From positions 192,001 through 256,000 of the forward strand of contig CAXXSR010000002.1 of NCBI GenBank assembly GCA_963662615.2: 64,000 nucleotides of DNA. Direction: 5' to 3'. Shown piece after piece: positions 44,423-52,898 of the stretch; the stretch's first letter is position 1, and each line of letters starts with the position of its first letter. The translations under genes and the position numbers were made by a program. This stretch comes from Dehalococcoidia bacterium (GTDB lineage Bacteria > Chloroflexota > Dehalococcoidia > Bin125). The notes below the pieces were generated by a model. It saw only the letters and a list, made by a program, of their open reading frames with translations. It was not told where the DNA came from and did no database searches.

Positions 44423-46591
44423 ATGGCAGATGCCGGCAGTGACGGCGAGCAACTGCGCTTCGATGCCGATGAGGAGGACCTTCAAGTCTTCCTGGAAGAC
44501 GGCAGCGAGCAGCTGGAGATGCTGGACCAGGACATTGTGCGGCTGGAACAAGAGCCGGACGACGAGATCCTGCAGGGGATCTTCCGGGCGGCGCACAGTC
44601 TGAAGGGATCCTCCGCGACGATTGACCATACGCGGATGGCTGAGTTGACGCATGCCATGGAGAGCGTGCTGGATGCGGTGCGGAAGAAGACGCTGCCGAT
44701 CACCACGCCGATCATTGACGCGCTGCTGGAGAGCTTGGACGCGCTGCGCGTACTGCTGGAGGAAGTGGCGACGCTGCGGGGATCGGGAATGGAGTTCAGT
44801 CCGCTGGCGGCGCGGCTGCAGACGCTCCTGGCGGGCGGAACGGCGGAGGGCGAGGCTGCGCCGGCGGCGGCGAGTGCGATCTCCGTGGGCGCGGGACTGG
44901 CGGAGGCCATGGCGGCGCGCGAGGCGACCGGCCTGCAGATGGTGGAGGTGCGCGTGTGCTTGGCGCCGGACTGCGCGATGCCGGCGGTGCGCTTGTTCCA
45001 GTGCTTGGTGGAATTGAACGCCAACGGCGAGGTGCTGACGTCAGCGCCCAGTTCCGCGCAGATCGAGAGCGAGGAGGTGGGCGGGGAGCTGGTGGCGCTG
45101 TTCGCGACGGACCGCGAGCCGGGGCAGGTGGCCGAGTTGCTGCGGCCGGTGCTGGACGTGGCTGCGGTGGAGGCGACCGCCTACAACGCAGGCGGCGAGG
45201 CAGCGACGGCCGCTGTCGCAGGCGAGCCAGTGGACCAGCGCGGAGCCGGCTCCACTGCGCCCGAGGCGGAGGACAGTCGGCGTCGCATTGACTTGGGCCC
45301 GGAGGCACGAGGGAAGTCCTCGGACGATCAGCTGCGGCTGGCGGCGAGCAAGCTGTCGCAGCAGGCGAAGTCGGTGCGGATTGACGTGGAGCGCTTGGAC
45401 AGCTTGATGAATCTCACGGGCGAGCTGGTGATTGACCGGGGGCGGCTGGCGGCGGTGGCGCATCGGTTCGGGGCGGGGGCGGAGGCGGTGGACGCGGGGC
45501 TGCTGGATGCGCTGAATGACACCACATCCCATCTCGGTCTGATCACGACGGAGCTGCAAGACCAGGTGATGAAGGCGCGCATGCAACCGGTGGCGAACGT
45601 GTTCCACCGCTTTCCGCGGATGGTGCGCGACCTTGCGCAGCGGGCGGGGAAAGAGGTCGATCTGCGGATCTCGGGCGAAGACACGGAGCTGGACCGCTCA
45701 GTCATTGAGGAGATCGGTGACCCGCTCATCCACCTGCTCCGCAACGCGGTGGACCACGGGCTGGAGGCGCCGGATGAACGCCGGCGGGCGGGGAAGCCGT
45801 CGAAGGGCGTCCTGCAGCTGAGTTCCGGACATGAGGACAACGCCATTGTCATTCGCGTGCAGGACGATGGGCGGGGTATCGATCCGGAGAAGATCAAGGC
45901 CCAGGCCATACGCAAGGGGCTGATCTCGTCGGAGGCCGCCGAGCGGCTGGGAGCGCGGGAGACGCTGGACCTGATCTGGATGCCGGGCTTCACCACGGCG
46001 GCGGAGGTGACGGAGGTCTCCGGGCGCGGGGTGGGCATGGACGTTGTCAAGACGAACATTGAAAAGCTTAACGGCACCGCCAGCTTGGAGTCGGAGGTGG
46101 GCGTGGGCACCACCTTGACGGTGCGGGTCCCGCTGACGCTCGCGGTGATTCAAGGATTGGCGCTGCGCGTGCAGCAGAGCCGGCTGGTGGTACCGCTGTC
46201 CGCCGTGACGGAGACGCTGCAGGTGCATAGGAGCGAGATCAAGCGGGTGCACGGTGGCCAGGCCATCCAACTGCGCGGCAAGGTGCTGCCGGTGATAGAC
46301 CTGGCGGAGGTGCTGCAGCTCCGCGCCGGCCCGTCCGAGGAAACGGCCGGCGGTGGTGCGGGGGAGGAAGAGCGCTTCGTGGTGGCGGTGCGCACGGCGG
46401 CGGATTCCGCCGGACTGATCGTGGACGAACTGTTGGGGCAAGAAGAGGTGGTGATCAAGAGCTTAGGGAGCCTGTTGCGACGGGTTCCGGGTGTTTCCGG
46501 AGCGACGCTGATGGGCGACGAGGTGGCCTTGATCCTTGATGTCCCGAACCTCCTCAAGCTTCACCGCAGTCGGCAGGGAGCGGCGGCATGA
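44423..46591 (+). CDS. cheA: Chemotaxis histidine kinase CheA
   Basis: IFRAAHSLKG (HPt), HLLRNAVDHG, DDGRG, SGRGVGMDVV, CheW-like C-terminus. Confidence 0.97.
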   Translation: MADAGSDGEQLRFDADEEDLQVFLEDGSEQLEMLDQDIVRLEQEPDDEILQGIFRAAHSLKGSSATIDHTRMAELTHAMESVLDAVRKKTLPITTPIIDALLESLDALRVLLEEVATLRGSGMEFSPLAARLQTLLAGGTAEGEAAPAAASAISVGAGLAEAMAAREATGLQMVEVRVCLAPDCAMPAVRLFQCLVELNANGEVLTSAPSSAQIESEEVGGELVALFATDREPGQVAELLRPVLDVAAVEATAYNAGGEAATAAVAGEPVDQRGAGSTAPEAEDSRRRIDLGPEARGKSSDDQLRLAASKLSQQAKSVRIDVERLDSLMNLTGELVIDRGRLAAVAHRFGAGAEAVDAGLLDALNDTTSHLGLITTELQDQVMKARMQPVANVFHRFPRMVRDLAQRAGKEVDLRISGEDTELDRSVIEEIGDPLIHLLRNAVDHGLEAPDERRRAGKPSKGVLQLSSGHEDNAIVIRVQDDGRGIDPEKIKAQAIRKGLISSEAAERLGARETLDLIWMPGFTTAAEVTEVSGRGVGMDVVKTNIEKLNGTASLESEVGVGTTLTVRVPLTLAVIQGLALRVQQSRLVVPLSAVTETLQVHRSEIKRVHGGQAIQLRGKVLPVIDLAEVLQLRAGPSEETAGGGAGEEERFVVAVRTAADSAGLIVDELLGQEEVVIKSLGSLLRRVPGVSGATLMGDEVALILDVPNLLKLHRSRQGAAA

Positions 46592-47208
46592 CCGGGAAGC
46601 CAACGAGACCCCGAGCGCGCGGACTGGCCAAGCTGACGAGCGTGACGGCGGCGGGGGCCGAGCGCGCGGCGGAACGGCTCTCGGAGCTGCTGGGCCGGGA
46701 GATCCTGCTGGACGCGACGGGCGTGCACTTCGGCGGGAGCGCCCGCCTTCTGGACCTTGTGGGCGGCCCCGGTGCGGCCGTGGCCGGCGTCTATCTGAGG
46801 ATGGGCGAGGAGATCACGGGCCATGTGATGTTGCTCTTTGAGCTGGAGGAGGCGCGGAGCCTGGTTGACCAGCTGCTGGAGCTGGAGCCGGGAACGACAC
46901 AGGAGCTGGACGAGCTGGGGCGGTCTGCCCTGGGCGAAGTGGGCAACATCACGGCGTCGTCGTTCCTCAATGAGCTGGGCGACGCGGTGAAGATTGAGCT
47001 GCATCTGTCGCCACCGGAGGTGGTGGAAGAGCTGGCGGGGGCGCTGTTGAATTCGGTGCTGGCGGACGTGGCCTCCCTGGGCGGGGACATTCTGATCTTG
47101 GAGACGGTGTTTATTGAGGCGGGATCGCAGGTCAAGGGGTTCGTGCTGCTGACCCCGGACCCGGAGTCTCTCACCGTCCTGTTGGACCGCTTGGTGGAAG
47201 CGGCATGA
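46588..47208 (+). CDS. cheC: Chemotaxis phosphatase CheC
   Basis: SALGEVGNITASSFLN, HLSPP; precedes cheD. Confidence 0.88.
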   Translation: MTGKPTRPRARGLAKLTSVTAAGAERAAERLSELLGREILLDATGVHFGGSARLLDLVGGPGAAVAGVYLRMGEEITGHVMLLFELEEARSLVDQLLELEPGTTQELDELGRSALGEVGNITASSFLNELGDAVKIELHLSPPEVVEELAGALLNSVLADVASLGGDILILETVFIEAGSQVKGFVLLTPDPESLTVLLDRLVEAA

Positions 47209-47701
47209 GCCCGGCGGCGGAAGAGGAGGTGTCGGTGGGGATCGGGGAGCTGGTGGTGACGGACGAACCCAACACGACGCTGATAGTGCACGGGCTGGGC
47301 TCCTGCGTGGCGGTGGTGGCATATTCGCGTACGCCCTTGGTGGGCGGCATGCTCCACATCATGCTGCCGTTGGCGCCGGAAGGGGATGGCGCGATGCCGA
47401 CCCGCTATGCGGACAGCGGCATTGAGGCGTTGTGGGCGGCGTTCCGGAAGCGGGGAGCGGCGCCGCGCAACGCGGTGGTTCGCCTGGTGGGGGGGCGGCG
47501 GTGCTTCGCATGGCCGGGGGCGCAAAAAGCCTGCGCGTGGGCGAGCGCAACATTGACGCGGCGGAGTCGACGCTGCGGCGGCTGGGGATCCCCGTGCGCG
47601 CGCGCGACGTGGGCGGAGATCGCGGTCGCACGGTGGAATTTGCGGTGGGGACCGGCCTGGTCCGGGTGCGGACGCTCGGCGAGGCGTATCGCACGATCTA
47701 G
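47205..47701 (+). pseudogene. cheD: Chemoreceptor deamidase CheD, frameshifted in a G7 run (47489-47495)
   Basis: GLGSCVAV, GGMLHIMLP, RYAD in the first frame; VGERNI, DVGGDRGRTV in the second; one more G restores LVGGAA. Confidence 0.9.
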
Positions 47702-47719
47702 ACGAGAGCGGAGGAAAGC

Positions 47720-48076
47720 ATGGCAACGATCCTGATCGTGGACGACGCGGCGTTCATGCGGCTGCGGTGCGCCAAACTGTTGAAAGAGAACGGCTACGAC
47801 GTGGTGGAAGCCGAGAACGGCGTCGTGGCGTTGGAGGTCTACAAGGAGACGAAGCCGGACGCGGTGCTGATGGACATCACCATGCCGGAGATGGACGGCC
47901 TCGCGGCGTTGAAGGCCTTGCTCGAGCTGGATCCGGAGGCGCGAGTGGCGATGGTCACGGCCATGGGGCAGCAGGCCATCATCATGGACGCGATCCAGAA
48001 CGGGGCCAAGGACTTCGTGGTGAAGCCGTTCGAAAAGGCGCGTGTGCTGGCGGCCGTGGAGAAGCTGCTGGCCTAG
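47720..48076 (+). CDS. cheY: Chemotaxis response regulator CheY
   Basis: IVDDAAFMR, MDITMPEMDG, TAMGQ, FVVKPF. Confidence 0.95.
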   Translation: MATILIVDDAAFMRLRCAKLLKENGYDVVEAENGVVALEVYKETKPDAVLMDITMPEMDGLAALKALLELDPEARVAMVTAMGQQAIIMDAIQNGAKDFVVKPFEKARVLAAVEKLLA

Positions 48077-48120
48077 CCGGCGCGCCGGCCGGGGTGGAGT
48101 TCACGAAGGGGAGCGGCCGG

Positions 48121-49170
48121 ATGGCACCACCGATCAAGGCCGTGCGGGTGCTGGTCGTTGATGATTCCGCGTTTATGCGCCACACGATCCGCAAGATCCT
48201 GGGGGCCGAAGCGGACCTGGACGTGGTGGGCGAAGCGCGCGACGGGGTGGAAGGGCTGACGAAGGCGGCAGCGCTGCGCCCGGACGTGATCACGCTGGAC
48301 GTGGAGATGCCACGGCTGGACGGGCTGGCCATGCTGCGGACGTTGATGCAGCGACGTCCCACGCCGGTGGTGATGCTCTCCACCCTCACGCAGGCTGGGG
48401 CCAGCGCCACGCTGGAGGCGCTGGATCTGGGCGCGGTGGACTTTGTGACGAAGCCGGGCACCAGTCGCTTCTCGGATCTGGACGGGGTGCGGACGGCGCT
48501 GGTCAGGTCGGTGCGGGCGGCGGCCATCTCGCGCGTGCGGGCGCGGGCCCAGCGCGCCCCGAGGCGCCGGGCGGCGGCCGCGGCGCCAGCCGCGCAGGGC
48601 AGCGGGGGCGCCATCGATCGTCTGGTGGTGATTGGTTGCAGCACCGGAGGGCCCCCGGCGCTGGCCGAAGTGATCCCCCACCTCCCGGTGGGGCTGAAGG
48701 CGCCGGTGGTGGTGGTGCAACATATGCCCGCGGGGTTCACGGCTACGCTGGCAGAGCGCCTGCACAAGCTGTCCGCCCTGCCCGTGCACGAGGCGCGCGA
48801 TGGTGAACTGCTACAGAACGATCACGTCTACATGGCACCAGGCTCCCGGCAGCTGGAGGTGCGCGCGGATCGGAGCCTCAAGCTCTCGGACGCGCCACCG
48901 GTGCACGGGGTGCGGCCGTCGGTGGACTTCACGTTGGGAACCATTAGTCCCCAGCTCAGCCGCCGGTCCGTGGTGGCGATTCTGACGGGGATGGGCAAGG
49001 ATGGGGCGGACGGCGCGCGGCGCTTGCGCCAGCAGGGAGCCAAGGTGGTGGTGCAAGACGAGTCGACGTGCACGGTCTACGGGATGCCCCGCGCCGTGGT
49101 GGAGTTGGGCGCGGCGGACCAGATCGTTCCGCTGGAGAAGGTGGCTGCCACGATCCAGAAGTTGCTGTGA
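48121..49170 (+). CDS. cheB: Chemotaxis methylesterase CheB
   Basis: REC domain plus GCSTGGP (Ser), QHMP (His), TGMGKDG (Asp); ATG 48121. Confidence 0.96.
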   Translation: MAPPIKAVRVLVVDDSAFMRHTIRKILGAEADLDVVGEARDGVEGLTKAAALRPDVITLDVEMPRLDGLAMLRTLMQRRPTPVVMLSTLTQAGASATLEALDLGAVDFVTKPGTSRFSDLDGVRTALVRSVRAAAISRVRARAQRAPRRRAAAAAPAAQGSGGAIDRLVVIGCSTGGPPALAEVIPHLPVGLKAPVVVVQHMPAGFTATLAERLHKLSALPVHEARDGELLQNDHVYMAPGSRQLEVRADRSLKLSDAPPVHGVRPSVDFTLGTISPQLSRRSVVAILTGMGKDGADGARRLRQQGAKVVVQDESTCTVYGMPRAVVELGAADQIVPLEKVAATIQKLL

Positions 49171-49230
49171 CGGCGCCGCGGGCACGGCGCCCCGGCGGCT
49201 CCGGTTTCTCAGGAGCATAAGGAGAACGCG

Positions 49231-49695
49231 GTGCAGGTCGATACGATCAATCCGTTCATCGCCGCCGCTCGGAAAGTTCTGATGGCAGAGCTGGACAGCG
49301 AGGTAGAGCGCGGCAAGATGAGCCTCAGCAAGGCCGCCGAGACGTCGGACGATGTGACGGCGCTGATCGCGGTGACAGGGGACGTGCGGGGACTGGTGCT
49401 GTACACGATGTCCGACGCGACCGCCTGCGCGACCGCTGCTCGCATGATTGGGCAGGAGTGCGATCAGCTGGACGAGCTGGCGCAGAGCGCGATCGCCGAA
49501 CTGGCCAATATGATCACGGGCAAGGCGAGTGTGCTGCTGGAGGACGCCAACGTGAAGGCGGAGATCTCCCCGCCGGCGATGGTGGTGGGCGCCGGCAGTA
49601 GCGTCTCGACCGTCAGCCTGCCGCGGCTGGTGGTGCCGCTGACGACCGCTTGCGGGGGCATCTCCATCCACCTGGCGCTGGAGCAGGCCGCCTAG
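49231..49695 (+). CDS. cheX: Chemotaxis phosphatase CheX
   Basis: INPF, VTGDVRG, SAIAELANMITG, ISPP. Confidence 0.92.
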   Translation: MQVDTINPFIAAARKVLMAELDSEVERGKMSLSKAAETSDDVTALIAVTGDVRGLVLYTMSDATACATAARMIGQECDQLDELAQSAIAELANMITGKASVLLEDANVKAEISPPAMVVGAGSSVSTVSLPRLVVPLTTACGGISIHLALEQAA

Positions 49696-50813
49696 CCCGA
49701 GGCGCGAGGGCGGCCCGACCACGCTGCCGGGCGGAGCGGCGCGCCGTGCTGCGCGGCTGTGTCGAGACCATAGGAGACGATGTTCAGGGAAGGACGGGGC
49801 GCCCGCGAGGGCGCGGGCTGTGCGCCGGCGCGACCGCCGCGAATGAGTTGCAGGCGGGGCGATTCTCTGACATCGGCGCGATAGAGGACGTCGAGGGTCT
49901 GGCCGCCTTGCTGGGCGGAGTGCAGGAGGTGCTCGCTGAGCGTGAGGCCGTGGATCAGGGTGGCGAGATCGTCGGCGCCTCCGTTGTGGATGCGGCGCAG
50001 GAAGCGCTCCACGATGGCGGGTTTGGGATCAGTTACGGGGACCGGGAGGCGACGCCGGCCGAGGGCGATTCGGCTGAAGTTTTCCCCGCCCGCGGCGGCA
50101 AGCGGCTCCTCATCGGCTTCCACGAAGAGCGCGCCCGTGCCGCCGGCTTCTTCCAGAACGAAGGTGGCGCCGCGGGTGACCAGCCGGACGCGGCGGGAGG
50201 AGGTCCCGGGACCCGTGCCCACGTTGAGGCCGACCGTGACTCCCGTGTCGCAGAGAAGCGTGGCGATGAGGGCGGCGGCTCCGGGGAGATGCGGTGTATC
50301 GGCCACTCCGCAGACCCGCTGCGGCCAGCCACCGGCGAGGTGCGCGATGGTGACCGCGCTGTCGAGGATCGCTGCGGCGACGGCGTCGCCATCGCCGGCG
50401 AGGGGCAGTTGATGCTCTACGGAGATGGATACCGGCGCGGGGGAGCTGTGGGACTGCGCCAACTCGAGCCGGAGGGCGGCGAGCCCAGGGTTGACCGGTC
50501 CGGAGAAGCCCACGGTGACGGCGCCGGCCTGCGCGGGCAGGGCCCGCTGCACGGCGGCAGCTTGCGCCGAGTCGAGTGCGGTGGGGCAGCCGATGAGCAG
50601 AGGAATCCCGCCCGCCAGGGCGCATTCGAGCAGCGCGGCGGGATCCTGCTCGACATCGGTCAAGATCGCCGCCTCCCAGCCACCCCGAGCGAGGGCCGCC
50701 TGGGCCTGTTCCGGCGCGGCGCGGAAGACACTGGCGTCGAAATGGACGGCGTGACGGAGGACCTGCTCGTAGGCACGCGCCTGCGGTCCCCCGCCAACGA
50801 CAAGGTATCTCAC
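49692..50813 (-). CDS. Hypothetical protein, possibly a degenerate Gfo/Idh/MocA-type Rossmann fold
   Basis: RYLVVGGG start, ALAGGIPLLIGCP where EKP is expected, VTVGF; RBS ggagg. Confidence 0.5.
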   Translation of the reverse strand: MRYLVVGGGPQARAYEQVLRHAVHFDASVFRAAPEQAQAALARGGWEAAILTDVEQDPAALLECALAGGIPLLIGCPTALDSAQAAAVQRALPAQAGAVTVGFSGPVNPGLAALRLELAQSHSSPAPVSISVEHQLPLAGDGDAVAAAILDSAVTIAHLAGGWPQRVCGVADTPHLPGAAALIATLLCDTGVTVGLNVGTGPGTSSRRVRLVTRGATFVLEEAGGTGALFVEADEEPLAAAGGENFSRIALGRRRLPVPVTDPKPAIVERFLRRIHNGGADDLATLIHGLTLSEHLLHSAQQGGQTLDVLYRADVRESPRLQLIRGGRAGAQPAPSRAPRPSLNIVSYGLDTAAQHGAPLRPAAWSGRPRASG

Positions 50814-51050
50814 CCCTCCATGCTAGGGAGACGAGGGAGCCGCAAAATGCGGATTCTCCCTTAGGGGCCGGGGAGCACTTCCGGATTCTGGAGGGGAGAA
50901 CGGTGGAGAGGGGCGCCGGCGGGCGCAGGCGGGGGCGGGGAGCGGTCGAGTGGGGGCAGGGGCGTGCTCCGGGCGGTCCGGGCGCGAGATGTGGGGGAGT
51001 CGACGTACGGCGGGCTCCGGCCACTGCTAAGGGATTTACGCCGCCGCCTC

Positions 51051-51078
51051 TAGGGATGACCCCGCCCGCCGCCGATGA
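51051..51078 (+). promoter_or_regulatory. Candidate sigma28 promoter of flagellin
   Basis: TAGG-N16-GCCGATGA about 130 bp upstream of the flagellin ATG. Confidence 0.65.
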
Positions 51079-51207
51079 TCCCGGTGCGCGCACCCGGGAG
51101 TCGTCCCTTCAGGGCCGGCCGCCTCTGTCCAGTTTGCGGTGAACGGAGAGAACACCGCGTCAACGCCGGGGAATCCTCCGGTAGCAAGGAAGCAGTAGGA
51201 ACTCGCA

Positions 51208-52395
51208 ATGGGATTCCAGATCAACACGAATGTGCAGGCGATCAACGCCCAGCGCAACCTGAGCATGACGAACGTGAAGATGGGCAAGGCGCTGGAGAAA
51301 CTGTCCAGCGGCCTGCGCATCAACCGCGCGGCCGACGACGCCGCCGGCCTGGCCATCAGCGAAAAGCTGCGGGCGCAGGTGCGGGGCATGGAGCAGGCCG
51401 GGCGCAACGCCCAAGACGGCATCTCCATGATCCAGACGGCCGAGGGCGCGCTGGGCGAAGACCACAGCATCCTCCAGCGGATGCGCGAGCTGGCCGTCCA
51501 GGCCGGCAACAGCACCCTCTCCAGCGATGACCGCACCGCCATTGGCGAGGAGATGCTGGCCCTCAAGAACGAGATTGACCGCATTGCCACCTCCGTCAAG
51601 TTCAACGGCCAGAGCCTCCTCACCGGGTCTCTGGAGACGGCCTTGGACGGCACCACCGAGATCGCGGTGGGCACCGCCATCAGCAACAACGTCGCCTCCG
51701 CCGTGGACGTCTCCAAGGCGGACGCCGGCACCACGTACACCTTCACCTACGTGGGCGCCACCAACGCCCTGACGTTGACCAACGCGACGACCAGCGTGGC
51801 CCAGACGGTCACCTTCGGCACGGCCGGCGCGGCCGGGGACAAGGTCCTCAGCTTCGACCAGCTCGGCGTCACGGTGACCCTGACCGGTCCGGCCGAGGCC
51901 GTCGCCGATGACCTCGGCACCGCCCTCGCCGCCGCCGGCAGCAACGACATCATCACCGCCGCCGGCTCCGGCTCCGCCACCTTCCAGGTGGGCGCCGAGT
52001 CGGGGGAGACGATCTCCGTCTCCTTCGGGGACATGCGCTCGACGGCGATCGGCACCGGCGCGGGCAACCAGATCTCGGACAAGGTCGCCGACAACCAGGC
52101 CGTCTCGACGACGGCCAAGGCGAGCGCGCTGCTGGTCATCATCGACGACGCCATCACCGACGTCTCGACGCAGCGCGGCGCGCTGGGCGCGGTCCAGAAC
52201 CGCATTGAGCACACCATCGCGGCGCTCGGCATCGTGGTGGAGAACTTGAGCGCGTCGGAGAGCCGGATCCGCGACGCCGACATCGCGTTTGTCTCCTCGC
52301 AGCTGGTGACCCAGCAGATCCTGCAGCAGGCGGGCGTCTCCGTCCTGGCGCAGGCCAATCAGGCGCCGCAGGCGGTGCTACAGCTCCTCCAGTAA
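51208..52395 (+). CDS. fliC: Flagellin
   Basis: INTNVQA, LSSGLRINRAADDAAGLAI, SRIRDAD, LAQANQAPQAVLQLL. Confidence 0.98.
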   Translation: MGFQINTNVQAINAQRNLSMTNVKMGKALEKLSSGLRINRAADDAAGLAISEKLRAQVRGMEQAGRNAQDGISMIQTAEGALGEDHSILQRMRELAVQAGNSTLSSDDRTAIGEEMLALKNEIDRIATSVKFNGQSLLTGSLETALDGTTEIAVGTAISNNVASAVDVSKADAGTTYTFTYVGATNALTLTNATTSVAQTVTFGTAGAAGDKVLSFDQLGVTVTLTGPAEAVADDLGTALAAAGSNDIITAAGSGSATFQVGAESGETISVSFGDMRSTAIGTGAGNQISDKVADNQAVSTTAKASALLVIIDDAITDVSTQRGALGAVQNRIEHTIAALGIVVENLSASESRIRDADIAFVSSQLVTQQILQQAGVSVLAQANQAPQAVLQLLQ

Positions 52396-52422
52396 GCGGA
52401 CGCGCCGGCATCCGCTAGACGT

Positions 52423-52452
52423 TCTGGGGACGGCCCTGCGGCCGTCCCCAGA
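52423..52452 (+). terminator. Hairpin after flagellin
   Basis: tctggggacggcc-ctgc-ggccgtccccaga. Confidence 0.7.
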
Positions 52453-52473
52453 CCGATCCTGGGAGAACGCCTA

Positions 52474-52501
52474 TAGGGAGGGCGGTCGGCGCCGTCGATG
52501 G
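52474..52501 (+). promoter_or_regulatory. Candidate sigma28 promoter of flaG-fliD-fliS
   Basis: TAGG-N16-GTCGATGG. Confidence 0.5.
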
Positions 52502-52559
52502 TTGAGACAGGCGGGGCCACCGCCCCGTGGGCGTGCAGGAAGGCGACGAGCGCGAGGTC

Positions 52560-52898
52560 ATGAGCGACATCAGCGTCAACCGCACCGCCGCCATCGCCGT
52601 GACGCCGACGGACCGGCAAGGCGGCCAAGCGCGCGACCGGCGGCGCGATTCCGATGCCCGCGCTCGGGCCCGTCGGGAGGCGATCGTGGAGCTCCTGGAA
52701 GGACATGGTGTCCCCCACGACGAGGGGTTGACGCCGATCCTGGAGGTGATCACGGATGCCGATAGCGGCGCCACCCGCATTCGCGTGTGGGACGAGCGCA
52801 CGGGGGCCGTGGTGGCGGAAGTGAGCGCGGAGGAGTTCGCCGCGGCGGCGGCGGCGCACCAGGCCTTTGAAGGTCTCTTGGTGGAGCGCAACAGCTAA
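52560..52898 (+). CDS. flaG: FlaG-like protein
   Basis: IRVWDERTGAVVAEVSAEE...GLLVER; lies between fliC and fliD; ATG 52560. Confidence 0.75.
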   Translation: MSDISVNRTAAIAVTPTDRQGGQARDRRRDSDARARARREAIVELLEGHGVPHDEGLTPILEVITDADSGATRIRVWDERTGAVVAEVSAEEFAAAAAAHQAFEGLLVERNS

